A program made the translations under genes and the position numbers. Positions 27,091-36,981 of a stretch of DNA of 64,000 bases are shown here, one piece after another; position 1 is the stretch's first letter; every line of letters begins with the position of its first letter. Origin of the DNA: an uncultured Acidobacteriota bacterium (GTDB lineage: Bacteria; Acidobacteriota; Blastocatellia; RBC074); the NCBI GenBank assembly GCA_963796275.1, contig CAWCKY010000002.1:448001-512000 (forward strand), written 5' to 3'. The notes beneath the pieces are model-generated. The model did not search any database. It was not told where the DNA came from and saw only the letters and a list, made by a program, of their open reading frames with translations.

Positions 27091-28551
27091 CTAAGCGAGA
27101 ATTCCGTTCACCACCTCGCCCGACACATTAGTCAAGCGGGCATCTATCCCCTGAAACTTCACCGTCAGACGCAGATGATTGATTCCCAGCAGGTGCAATA
27201 GTGTAGCGTGGAGATCATGGACGCTGACAGGTTTATCTTCCGCGGCATATCCGAGCTCGTCCGTCGCGCCATAGGCAACTCCCCCTTTGATCCCGCCTCC
27301 TGCGAGCATGAAGGAGAAGCCTTTGATGTGGTGATCCCGGCCGCTGCTGCCCTGCGACATCGGGGTTCGCCCGAATTCACCGCCCCAGATGACCAGCGTG
27401 TCATCCAGCATACCGCGCTGCTTCAGGTCTTTGATCAGCGCCGAGGTCGCGCGGTCGACCTCCTGCGCCTTGTGCGGCAAGTTGACCGGTATTCCGGAAT
27501 GGTGATCCCAGTCGCGATGATATAGCTGAATGAACCGCACGCCGCGTTCTGCCAGCCGCCGGGCCAATAGACAATTGGACGCGAAAGAGCCGTCGCCGGG
27601 CTGAGCGCCGTACATCTCAAGGATGTTCTTCGGCTCATTGCTCGTATCCACAAGACCCGGAATGGACGACTGCATTCTGAAAGCCATCTCGTACTGCGCG
27701 ACGCGCGTCAGTATTTCCGGATCATTCGTCACCTCGTGCTGCATCCTGTTCAACTCATTGATGGCGGCGATCGAGTCGCGCTGAGTCCCGGCGCTCATCC
27801 CGCTCGGACTGTTGATGTAGAGTACCGGATCGCCGGCCGAGTTGAGCTTCACACCCTGGAACTTGCTCGACAGGAAACCGGCCGACCACTGCCGTTGGGC
27901 GATCGGCTGGTTCTGTCCGCCCTTGCCGGACGACATCAGAACGACATAGCCGGGCAGGTCATCGCATTCGGAGCCAAGGCCATAGAGTATCCAGGCACCC
28001 ATGCTCGGGCGTCCCGTGATGATCGAACCGGTGTTCATGATCGTGTGGGCCGGATCATGATTGATCTGCTCCCCCCACATCGAGCGGATGATGCATACAT
28101 CGTCAGCCACTCCGCCGATCTCTGGGAACAGTTCGCAAATTTCCTGGCCCGATTTGCCAAACCGTTTAAATTTGAATTGCGGGCCGAAACAGACGAGCCT
28201 CTGGTTTTGCAGTTGGGCGATCTGTTGCCCCTTGGTAAATGACTCAGGCATTGGCTTGCCATGCATCTCGGCCAGCTTCGGTTTGTAGTCGAAGGTCTCC
28301 AGATGCGATGGGCCGCCCGCCTGATAGAGGAAGATTACAGTTTTGGCTTTTGGCGGGTGATGAAGCGGATTGACTATGCCTTTTGATTGCAAGTCGCGAG
28401 TTGAAGATTGCGGTGTTGCGCCGGCTCGCGCCTCTCGTCCGAACAACGAAGTCAGCGCGATCGTTCCCAAACTGGCAAAACTCTGACCCAGAAAGGTACG
28501 GCGGCTTGCGTAACGATTGGTGTCGTGTGCCATTGCTTGTTCTTCTTTCAT
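27091..28551 (-). CDS. DUF1501 domain protein (Tat signal)
   Basis: SRRTFL; GGPSHLETFDYKP, LLARRLAERGVRF, WGGEFGRTP, GRDHH. Confidence 0.93.
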   Translation of the reverse strand: MKEEQAMAHDTNRYASRRTFLGQSFASLGTIALTSLFGREARAGATPQSSTRDLQSKGIVNPLHHPPKAKTVIFLYQAGGPSHLETFDYKPKLAEMHGKPMPESFTKGQQIAQLQNQRLVCFGPQFKFKRFGKSGQEICELFPEIGGVADDVCIIRSMWGEQINHDPAHTIMNTGSIITGRPSMGAWILYGLGSECDDLPGYVVLMSSGKGGQNQPIAQRQWSAGFLSSKFQGVKLNSAGDPVLYINSPSGMSAGTQRDSIAAINELNRMQHEVTNDPEILTRVAQYEMAFRMQSSIPGLVDTSNEPKNILEMYGAQPGDGSFASNCLLARRLAERGVRFIQLYHRDWDHHSGIPVNLPHKAQEVDRATSALIKDLKQRGMLDDTLVIWGGEFGRTPMSQGSSGRDHHIKGFSFMLAGGGIKGGVAYGATDELGYAAEDKPVSVHDLHATLLHLLGINHLRLTVKFQGIDARLTNVSGEVVNGILA

Positions 28552-28560
28552 CGCTTTTTC

Positions 28561-31500
28561 TCAATTCCGGGTTATCGTTTCGTGCAGATTAAGAATCGCA
28601 CGCGCTACCGTTGTCATCGCGGCGAGCGCTGGAGCACTCATGTTCTTCGGCAGCAGCGCATCGCCGATGCTGATGAATTCCTTGGCCGACGTAGGGTCGC
28701 GCTGATATGCTGCCAGGCTCTTCCGATGCAGCTCGGCCAACGCGCGACGCTCCGGCAGCGCCGGTTTGCGGCCGAGAGCACGCAGGAAAGCCCATTCTAT
28801 TCGGGCATCAACCGTCCCTCCGCCCTGCCTCAAGATTTTCTGAGCGAATACGCGGGCGGCCTCGACGTAAGTCGGATCGTTCAAGAGCGCCAACGCCTGC
28901 AGCGGGGTGTTGGAACTGACGCGGTTGACCGTACACTCCTCACGCGGAGGCGCATCGAAGACCAGAAGGCTCGGATGCAGAAACGTGCGCTGCCAGTGCG
29001 TGTAGATGCCGCGCCGGTAAAGGCTCTCGCCGCGGTCCGCCGAATAGTCGCGCATCGGGAAGTTGAGCATGGCCAGGTAGCGTTCGGGCTGGTATGGCCG
29101 AACCGATGGTCCACCGAATTTTTCGACGAGCAGACCGGAAATCGCCAGTGCGATGTCCCGCACCATCTCGGCATCGACGCGGAATCGGCTCTGCCGCGCA
29201 AGCAGCCGATTATCCGGATCGAGCTCAGATAACTGCGGACTGGTAATACTGGCCTGCCGATAAGTGTGGCTCGTGACGATCAAGCGTATGATGTGTTTGA
29301 TGTCCCAGTCGTGTATTTGAGACCCAGCCAATCCGCTCGATCGGCATTCCGCGTTCATCCCGCAATCATTCGAGGGATGCATAAATTCGCTCGCCATCCA
29401 GTCGAGCAGTTCTGGATGCGTCGGCCACTCACCCTGAGAGCCTAAATCATCGAGCACCTTAGATAAGCCGGCCCCGAAGAACTGCCGCCACAGACGGTTG
29501 ACGAAGACGCGAGCGGTGAGAGGGTTATCCTTCGATGATATCCAGCCGGCCAGGTCCGAGCGGGTAGCGCGGCGGTTGCCAGCCTCCAATTTGCCGAAGA
29601 CCACAGGAATCGCGGGCTCGACGACCTCGCCTGATTCATCCAGGAAATTGCCGCGCGCCAGCACGCGCGACAAGGCGGGCATCGCAATCTCGGTAGTCAC
29701 GACGCGCGGTATCTGAGAAGCGAGCAAGTCAAGCTCCGCTTCGAGCCGGGCGCGGCGCACAATCAGCGGCTGCAGTTCCGGCGATGACCATTTGAAAAAA
29801 TCAAGCAGGGCAGTCTCCTGTGCTCCGGTGCGCTTGCCTGCCGGTGCCTTGAGAGCCCGCACGACCGCATCAGAAAGCCCATTCATCGGTGTGGGAGTCT
29901 TCGCCGTGTGATCCGGCCAGGAAAATTGCGCCGATGAGAGCGCCAGGCGAAAGCGGCCGATAGTCGCGCGGCGCGACCGTGAATCCTGGTGCAGCCGTAC
30001 TTTGATGATCGAATTCTGTCCGGTCCGCAGCTTCGGCGCCAGGCGCAGCGCCAGGAACGAGCCGCGATTGTCGGCATAGGAGACACCCCAGCCCGTCTTC
30101 GAATCTCCATCGATCGCATTCATCGCGCGGTTCTCCGGTAACTCCCCTACTCCATCGGTTGTCGACAGGATGAAATCCAACTTCCGCGAGCCGTTTCCTT
30201 TGAGTGCCTTTTTTGCTCCGTTTTTTGCCCCGTTCACCTGGTCATGCGCGACCGGCTCAATTTCAGCTTCGACTTCGGTCAGAACGAAACGGTCGGCCCC
30301 GCGCGCGAGTCGATTAGCAGGCAAGCTGGCGTCCTGTACCACCTCAATTCCGAGGGCCGTCCAGTCGCCCTCGCCCGGCTTGAAGCTGATTGTATATGTC
30401 TCGTTCTCCGGATTGGCGCCGCTCGCGACGACCAGGCCATCACCCGTGATCTCCTCTGTAATCAGGTTCCCGCCGCGATAGACCGTAACCGTCAGCGGCT
30501 CGTCGTTATAGACCGTCAAAGTCGTGCCGTGCGCGGCTTTCGCAGTGATCGGCCGTTGGAATCGCCAGCTCAGTACACCCGCATCGTGAGATTGCCGCAG
30601 TTTTTTCTCCCATACCGTACTTCGCGCGAACAATTCACCGGCTTTAATATCCAGTTCTGCGTTCAGCCATTCGATTTGCCTGGTTAAATCGTCATTGCGC
30701 TTCTGCTGTTCGGTGGATGGCAACATCAACTTCGCCCCCCAGGCATTGCTGCCTCTGTCGGGCACCAGCCCCGTCTCCTTTATATCGGCGAAGAAGGCCT
30801 TCATCGAGTAGAAATCCTTTGTCAGGATCGGGTCGAACTTGTGATCGTGACATTCTGCGCACCCCATCGTGAGGCCCAGCCAGACCGCGCTTGTCGTGCG
30901 AACGCGATCGGCGGCGTATTTAGCCAGATATTCTTTGGGCTGGAGGCCGCCTTCCGCCGACACGCGATTCATGCGGTTGAAAGCCGAAGCGATGCGCTGT
31001 TCGGTGGTCGCATTCGGAGACAGATCACCGGCAATCTGTTCACGCGTGAATTCGTCGAAAGGCTTGTTGTCGCGGAACGCGCGCAGCACGTAATCGCGAT
31101 ACGGCCACGCCGGAAAGGCATTATCCCCATGAAATCCTGATGTATCGGCGTACCGCACCGCGTCTAGCCAGTGCATCGTCTGTTTTTCGGCGTAGCGCGG
31201 AGACGCCAACAGGCGATCCACCAGCTTTTCATAAGCCTCGGGCGATCTATCGCCGACAAATAAGGCGACCTCTTGAGGAGTCGGCGGAATGCCGGTCAGG
31301 TCCAGCGAGACGCGGCGAATGAGCGTGCGGCGATCGGCCTCGGGAGATGGCGGCAATCCATCGTTGGCGAGTCGCTTCTGGATGAAAGCGTCGATCGGGT
31401 TGCGTATGTTTGCGGGCGCGCGCTCGCCGATATCTGGGACGGCGGGACGCCTTAGAGGCTGGTATGCCCAGTGACCTTCGTACTTAGCGCCCTCGGCCAC

Positions 31501-31896
31501 CCAGCGCTTTATCAATTCTTTCTGTCTCGCGGTGAGCTCTTTGTGCGCCCATTTAGGCGGCATCACCTCGAATTCTTCACTGGCAAAGATGCGACGAACG
31601 ATCTCGCTCTCATCCGGCTTGCCGGGTACGATCGGAATGACCCCCGTCTTGGTCTTCTTCGTCGATTCTTCCCTGAGATCGAGACGCAATTCCGCCTGGC
31701 GCGCGTTTTTGTCCGGCCCATGACAGCGGTAACATGTGTCGGAGAAGATCGGTCGTATATCACGGTTGAAGCTGACCGCATCTTGCCCCTCGGCTCCTAC
31801 TTCTCCGTCTGGAGTTATGGCCGTTATGATCAGCAATGCTGCGATAAGACAAAAGAAGACCTTGGCGTAATATATATGTGAAGACATTTGTCTCAT
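28561..31896 (-). CDS. PSD1/planctomycete cytochrome c protein (DUF1549 + DUF1553)
   Basis: FNRDIRPIFSDTCYRCHGPD, CAECHDHKFDPI, NPLTARVFVNRLW, SNTPLQALALLND. Confidence 0.93.
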   Translation of the reverse strand: MRQMSSHIYYAKVFFCLIAALLIITAITPDGEVGAEGQDAVSFNRDIRPIFSDTCYRCHGPDKNARQAELRLDLREESTKKTKTGVIPIVPGKPDESEIVRRIFASEEFEVMPPKWAHKELTARQKELIKRWVAEGAKYEGHWAYQPLRRPAVPDIGERAPANIRNPIDAFIQKRLANDGLPPSPEADRRTLIRRVSLDLTGIPPTPQEVALFVGDRSPEAYEKLVDRLLASPRYAEKQTMHWLDAVRYADTSGFHGDNAFPAWPYRDYVLRAFRDNKPFDEFTREQIAGDLSPNATTEQRIASAFNRMNRVSAEGGLQPKEYLAKYAADRVRTTSAVWLGLTMGCAECHDHKFDPILTKDFYSMKAFFADIKETGLVPDRGSNAWGAKLMLPSTEQQKRNDDLTRQIEWLNAELDIKAGELFARSTVWEKKLRQSHDAGVLSWRFQRPITAKAAHGTTLTVYNDEPLTVTVYRGGNLITEEITGDGLVVASGANPENETYTISFKPGEGDWTALGIEVVQDASLPANRLARGADRFVLTEVEAEIEPVAHDQVNGAKNGAKKALKGNGSRKLDFILSTTDGVGELPENRAMNAIDGDSKTGWGVSYADNRGSFLALRLAPKLRTGQNSIIKVRLHQDSRSRRATIGRFRLALSSAQFSWPDHTAKTPTPMNGLSDAVVRALKAPAGKRTGAQETALLDFFKWSSPELQPLIVRRARLEAELDLLASQIPRVVTTEIAMPALSRVLARGNFLDESGEVVEPAIPVVFGKLEAGNRRATRSDLAGWISSKDNPLTARVFVNRLWRQFFGAGLSKVLDDLGSQGEWPTHPELLDWMASEFMHPSNDCGMNAECRSSGLAGSQIHDWDIKHIIRLIVTSHTYRQASITSPQLSELDPDNRLLARQSRFRVDAEMVRDIALAISGLLVEKFGGPSVRPYQPERYLAMLNFPMRDYSADRGESLYRRGIYTHWQRTFLHPSLLVFDAPPREECTVNRVSSNTPLQALALLNDPTYVEAARVFAQKILRQGGGTVDARIEWAFLRALGRKPALPERRALAELHRKSLAAYQRDPTSAKEFISIGDALLPKNMSAPALAAMTTVARAILNLHETITRN

Positions 31897-32464
31897 TGGT
31901 GTCCTCTCAACTCACGTCTGCCTTGATTTTTCATATCTACACTGACCGTAGGTCGCACAAACACCGCCAATATCAACACAATTGTGAAAACCCTGGCTTC
32001 TGATCGATACTCGAAAATCGTTGCGAATCTGTTGTATCTGTGATTTCACATCCACCGACCGATCGCAGATTTTCAGATATCGCTCTCACAGCGAGTGCCG
32101 TGCTAACGAGAGTCTGTGCTTCTTTAATTCCTGTGATGTCTTTCCTGAAGGGTGTGCGATTCTATCATAAAGGAGCTATCAGCAAGACGCCTGAAAGACG
32201 GAGGTATGAGAAAAAGACGACAGGTAATTGTCTTGGTCGAAGGCATGAAGGAACGGTCCACCTGCGCCGGTATTCGGTATGCAGGAAAGGAAATACAGGA
32301 TGGAACCCGCTTTTTAACCCATTGAGAACCTTAGAAGAAGCGGATATCAGACTCAGGGGATTGCAAAAGTGCCAATTTGGGTATATTTCTCATCTGTATT
32401 TTTATTTTTGTTTCTGTTTCTGTCGCTGTTATTTTTCAGCTACTCCGACGATCCGAAAAACAAG

Positions 32465-32680
32465 CTTTTCCTCAATGAAGCGACAGCAGGAGAGGGATCT
32501 GACCAAACCGCACTGATAGGCTGTTAGGCGAAGCTGGGGCGCGACCGGGTGTACGGTCATGGGATCTGACAGCCACCAAACAAATCACTACCGAGTTTTT
32601 ATAAATCAATTCGCTCTGTGGCTGGCATGACGCTGACCGCAGGGGTGAGTCCGTCAAACCGCCAGTACGATTGCAGGAGG
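32465..32680 (+). promoter_or_regulatory. Candidate structured cis-regulatory 5' leader
   Basis: Several stems, two mutually exclusive pairings and a duplicated GGGATCTGAC ahead of the TonB receptor RBS. Confidence 0.4.
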
Positions 32681-32686
32681 ATGACT

Positions 32687-35600
32687 ATGTACCAGAAGTT
32701 TGCTCAGACGCTTCTCGCGCTCACCTTCATTTGTGCGGCCGCCTTACCGGCATTGGCTCAGGCCGATGTTTCATCGGCGACGATCAGGGGCACCGTCACC
32801 GATCCTCAAGGCGATGCGATCACGAACGCAACTGTGACTATTTTGGACATCGATCAGGGAACATCCCGCACCACAACGACTGATTCGAGCGGTGAATTCC
32901 AGGTGAGGCTGGTGCGCCCCGGTCGCCACGACATCACGGTTACGGCTTCAGGCTTCGCCAGATATCTGCTCAAAGACATTCAACTAACAGTCGGGCAGAC
33001 CGCGAGCTTCGACATCGATCTCCAGGTCGAGGGCGTCAGGACCGAGGTAATAGTGACTACATCAGCGCCGCTTATTGAAGTGGAGCGCACTCAACAGGCA
33101 AATACCATCGAGCGACGACAGGTGGAGAACCTGTCCAATATCAGCCGCGATTTTCAGTCTTATGTCTACACGCTGCCGGGAGTGGCGAGTTCGAACGCTC
33201 CGCGCAGCCAGCTCGCGGGACGCCTGACAGCTTTCGGCACTTCCGGCTTCTCGATTGGCGGAAGTAACGGACGCAATAATCTCATAACGGTGGACGGCGG
33301 CGAGAATGAATATGGTTCCGGACAGACCCGCTTTGATATCAGCCCCGAAGCGATCCAGGAATTTCAGGTCAACCGCAATTCCTTTACGGCGGAGTTCGGT
33401 TTTACAGCCGGCACAGCGGTTAACATCATTACCAAGAGCGGCACGAATCAGTTCCACGGCAGCGGCTATATCTTCTTCCGCTCGCAGCAGACATCTGCGC
33501 GTGATCCATTCGATTTCAACCCCACGGGAAAGAAATCCTTCAACCAGCAGGTCTTTCCCGGCTTCACTTTCGGCGGCCCCGTAGTCAAGAACAAACTTTT
33601 CTTCTTCACCAACTACGAACGTCAAAAAAACGACAACGCGCGATTTCGCACCTACACCAATAACTCACTCCTACAACCCGGTACTGACCAGGTTGCGCTG
33701 CTCGATCGGCTAGATGATTCCGCCGACGGCAACGTACGGCGAATTTCCGCCGATCTGCGTACCGCTTTGACCACGAATGCGACGAACTATCCCACGACTT
33801 TCAAAACCCTGCAGGAGGGCGAAGGCACGTTCAACGGCCTGGCGCGACTCAATACCTGGAATACAAGGATGGATTATCAGATCGGCAACAAGGACTCGAT
33901 CAATGGGCGCTTCACGCTATCGCGGAATTTTACCGATGACATCGGCACCAATAACGGAACGTCACCTTCCATCGGTGCCAACCTGACCTACCGCGACTAC
34001 TCGACGGTCGTCACATGGATTCACACTTTCGGGAACAATCTGATCAACCAGATGCGGGGACAATTCTCGCCTAATAACTCGGCGGTAACAGCTCCACCGG
34101 AACCGGCTCGGACCTCCGTGATCATCAGCGGCCTGGGCGGATTTGGCCGAACATTCGGCGCTCCCTATATCGTCAATCAGAATCGCTACCAGCTCGAAGA
34201 CAACCTGACCTGGCTCAATGGCAATCACACGCTCAAGTTCGGTGGTTCGTATCGCCCGGTCCAATACACTTTTAGGAATGACCTCTGGTTCGCCGGAGAA
34301 TTTCAATTCCAGCCCAGTCCGCTCTACCCTGTAACCTCTGCCGTGCCAACTGCAGATCGAACCGATTTTGCCCGTGCGGTCTGCGCAGCGAATGGTCTCC
34401 CGGCAACAAATTGCACGGAGGGACTTACTGCCGCTGCCACCTTAAACAGCTTTATTAACAGATCGCAGTTGAATGCCCTGCAGAACTTCAACCTGAATCA
34501 ACCGCTCATCTACCGGCAAGGATTCAATAATCCGACCTGGAATGGAACGGGACATTACTTGGGAGGTTTTGTGCAGGATACGTGGAAGGTTCATCCGCGC
34601 TTGACTCTTGATCTCGGCGGCCGGATCGATTGGGACGGCGAGCCACAGCCAGTCCCGCGTAACGCATACTTCTCACCGCGCTTCGGATTCGCCTGGCAAT
34701 TAACGGGAGATAACAAGACTGTGCTGCGCGGCGGTAGTGGCCTATTCTATTCGCCCATTTACGTGCAGATTCCGGGCTACACCAGCGTGCTCAACGGCAG
34801 CGGAGACTATATCAACCAGATTGCCCGCACTGGCAATGCCGGTCTTCCAACGGTCTTCAATTTGAGCGCGGCGGGCGTCTATCAGGCGGGCATAAATCTA
34901 GGCAAGTATCCTTTCAGCATCCTGACCGAGGGTGACATCAATGCAATGGGAATCTCCACAGCAGCCGGTCTTCCCGGCCGTGTCCTGTTCGAGCTGAACC
35001 CCGAATATAAGAACAATTACGCGATTCAAGCCAATCTCGGCATTCAGCGCCAGATCACCGGCAATCTGAGCATCGAGATCGCATATCAAATGTACCACGG
35101 ACTCCACATTCAGCAGCCGGTCGGGCTCAACTATTGCGAGGCCGGCACGCCGGGTTGCCCTGCGATGGCGGCCAACTTAACGGCTCTCTCGCAACGAGAT
35201 TCGCGCCTCGGCCCTCTATATCGCGTCTGTGGCCCCGGAACCAGTTGCGGGCGGATTAACGATTCGGGCATCACCCAGTTCACCGATTATCAGTCGCGAG
35301 GCAGCTCGATCTATCATGGGATGACAGTCTCGCTTCAACGGCGCTTCAGCAATTACATCTCTTTTCAGGCTAACTATACCTTCAGCAAGGCGATCGACGA
35401 TCAGACGGATTTCAATTCTAGCTTTGCGCCGCCCTTCCCGTCGCGGCTAACCACGGAGCGGTCCCTGTCCGCTTTCGACATACGTCACAACTTCGTCGTC
35501 AGCAGCGTCTTCCAAAGCCCTTTCAAAAGATGGGCGCTGCGCGATATCTCGCTCAGCCCGACCATCTTTATCCGCAGCGGTATTCCATTCACGCTGCGAA

Positions 35601-36001
35601 CCGGTACAGACATCAATGGCGACACGCGCGGCGGAACGGATCGTCTCTTCCATATCGGCCGAAACACCGGCATCGGGCCGAACTACCGGAGCCTCAACTT
35701 GCGGATCAGCAAATCTTTCCGCCTGGATAAGGACGGTCCTGCGCGGATCGAAATAACGGCCGATGCCGCGAATATGTTCAATCGCACAAACTTCGCCGCT
35801 GTCAACGAAATCATCCCGGTGACGATCAGCCCTACAGGAGTGCTCACCTTCCCCACGGCGATGTCGGCTACGGATTACAATGCCGAAACGGTGCGGATCA
35901 CCGGTCGCAGGGATCGCAATTTCATGAAGGGCGATCCGCTCAGTTTCACATCGGCTTTCAACCCGCGGCAGATTCTTTGGGGATTGAAGTTTGTTTTCTG
36001 A
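32687..36001 (+). CDS. Oar-type TonB-dependent receptor
   Basis: AGGAGG RBS; signal peptide; KSGTNQFHG, FSPRFGFAW, C-terminal GLKFVF. Confidence 0.93.
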   Translation: MYQKFAQTLLALTFICAAALPALAQADVSSATIRGTVTDPQGDAITNATVTILDIDQGTSRTTTTDSSGEFQVRLVRPGRHDITVTASGFARYLLKDIQLTVGQTASFDIDLQVEGVRTEVIVTTSAPLIEVERTQQANTIERRQVENLSNISRDFQSYVYTLPGVASSNAPRSQLAGRLTAFGTSGFSIGGSNGRNNLITVDGGENEYGSGQTRFDISPEAIQEFQVNRNSFTAEFGFTAGTAVNIITKSGTNQFHGSGYIFFRSQQTSARDPFDFNPTGKKSFNQQVFPGFTFGGPVVKNKLFFFTNYERQKNDNARFRTYTNNSLLQPGTDQVALLDRLDDSADGNVRRISADLRTALTTNATNYPTTFKTLQEGEGTFNGLARLNTWNTRMDYQIGNKDSINGRFTLSRNFTDDIGTNNGTSPSIGANLTYRDYSTVVTWIHTFGNNLINQMRGQFSPNNSAVTAPPEPARTSVIISGLGGFGRTFGAPYIVNQNRYQLEDNLTWLNGNHTLKFGGSYRPVQYTFRNDLWFAGEFQFQPSPLYPVTSAVPTADRTDFARAVCAANGLPATNCTEGLTAAATLNSFINRSQLNALQNFNLNQPLIYRQGFNNPTWNGTGHYLGGFVQDTWKVHPRLTLDLGGRIDWDGEPQPVPRNAYFSPRFGFAWQLTGDNKTVLRGGSGLFYSPIYVQIPGYTSVLNGSGDYINQIARTGNAGLPTVFNLSAAGVYQAGINLGKYPFSILTEGDINAMGISTAAGLPGRVLFELNPEYKNNYAIQANLGIQRQITGNLSIEIAYQMYHGLHIQQPVGLNYCEAGTPGCPAMAANLTALSQRDSRLGPLYRVCGPGTSCGRINDSGITQFTDYQSRGSSIYHGMTVSLQRRFSNYISFQANYTFSKAIDDQTDFNSSFAPPFPSRLTTERSLSAFDIRHNFVVSSVFQSPFKRWALRDISLSPTIFIRSGIPFTLRTGTDINGDTRGGTDRLFHIGRNTGIGPNYRSLNLRISKSFRLDKDGPARIEITADAANMFNRTNFAAVNEIIPVTISPTGVLTFPTAMSATDYNAETVRITGRRDRNFMKGDPLSFTSAFNPRQILWGLKFVF

Positions 36002-36029
36002 TTGAGGGAGCATGGTAACCGCCGCAGGT

Positions 36030-36135
36030 CGGCGTAAAGGCGGAACTCCGAGCGAATTGATTGGAGTTTCGGCTTCAGGCGGTTAGAAATCGCGTGCGGA
36101 AAAGAAAAGACCGCGTAAACGCGGAACTCCGAGCG
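36030..36135. repeat. REP cluster (three alternating copies, CCGCnTnAAnGCGGAACTCC type)
   Basis: CGGCGTAAAGGCGGAACTCCGAGCG, inverted TGGAGTTTCGGCTTCAGGCGG, CCGCGTAAACGCGGAACTCCGAGCG. Confidence 0.75.
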
Positions 36136-36173
36136 CGAAAGCAAGTAGCGCAGCTCCAGGGATGTAAGTTGGT

Positions 36174-36638
36174 TTAATTTAAAGCCAAATTGTAAACCTT
36201 GAAGTTTGTTTGTAACTTCCAGCCCTCAGATTCGTAGAGCGCCTGCGCACTTTTGTTGGTCAGCTCTGTGGACAATGTGAGTCGAACCGCGCCGGCGGCC
36301 TTGCCAAAATCGGCTGCGGCATGGAGGAGCGACCTTCCTATCCCCATGCGCCGAGCATTCGGTGCGACAAAGAGATCGTTGAGAATCAGAATGCGTGCGG
36401 CAGCTCCTGACGAAAAGCTGGGAAACAGCTGAACAAATCCTAGAGCAATGCCGTCTGCCCCGATCGCCACAAAGATGATCGATTCGTTATGCTGAAAGCG
36501 CTCCAAGAGGAATTTCTTCGCCAGCGCCAGATCGGCCGGCCATTGATAGAACTGGCGATAGGCATCGAAGAGTGGCGCTACCATATCCAGGTCAAAAATC
36601 GTGGCATATCGTACAGTCACATCACATCTGTTATTCAT
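36174..36638 (-). CDS. GNAT family N-acetyltransferase
   Basis: LFDAYRQFY, GFVQLFPSFSS, LNDLFVAPNARRMGIG, NKSAQALYES. Confidence 0.92.
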   Translation of the reverse strand: MNNRCDVTVRYATIFDLDMVAPLFDAYRQFYQWPADLALAKKFLLERFQHNESIIFVAIGADGIALGFVQLFPSFSSGAAARILILNDLFVAPNARRMGIGRSLLHAAADFGKAAGAVRLTLSTELTNKSAQALYESEGWKLQTNFKVYNLALN

Positions 36639-36981
36639 TGCGAGCTCCTACTACGTCGACTTGCAGTGGCACTATCTCGAACCAGGGGCAGCGCTGGGCT
36701 GCTATGTCGGCGAATCCATCGGTTTGCCAGAGTGCGTGATAGCGCTGTTGCTGGGAATACCGGGTCACTTGACGATATTGCGGCCGGAAGAAAAATCAGT
36801 GCGATCGAAAAAACCACCATATAATTGTTAATGTTTGGCAGCCTATTCACGGCGTGATAAGTTATCAAGGCTTTTCACTATCATCAACGGCAACATACTG
36901 GAATTTGGAGGCATCGTTGTTATATGTATGGCGTGTGCGTCAAAACCTTCAACCAGACGATCTTCTACCGGGGACCGGATA

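Noticed and set aside
32361-32375. Minus-strand sigma-54 promoter TGGCAC...TTGC
   Set aside because: Spacer is 2 nt rather than the required 5.
36635-36868. 77-aa ORF overlapping the GNAT start
   Set aside because: No RBS or motif; three overlapping ORFs here are equally unconvincing.
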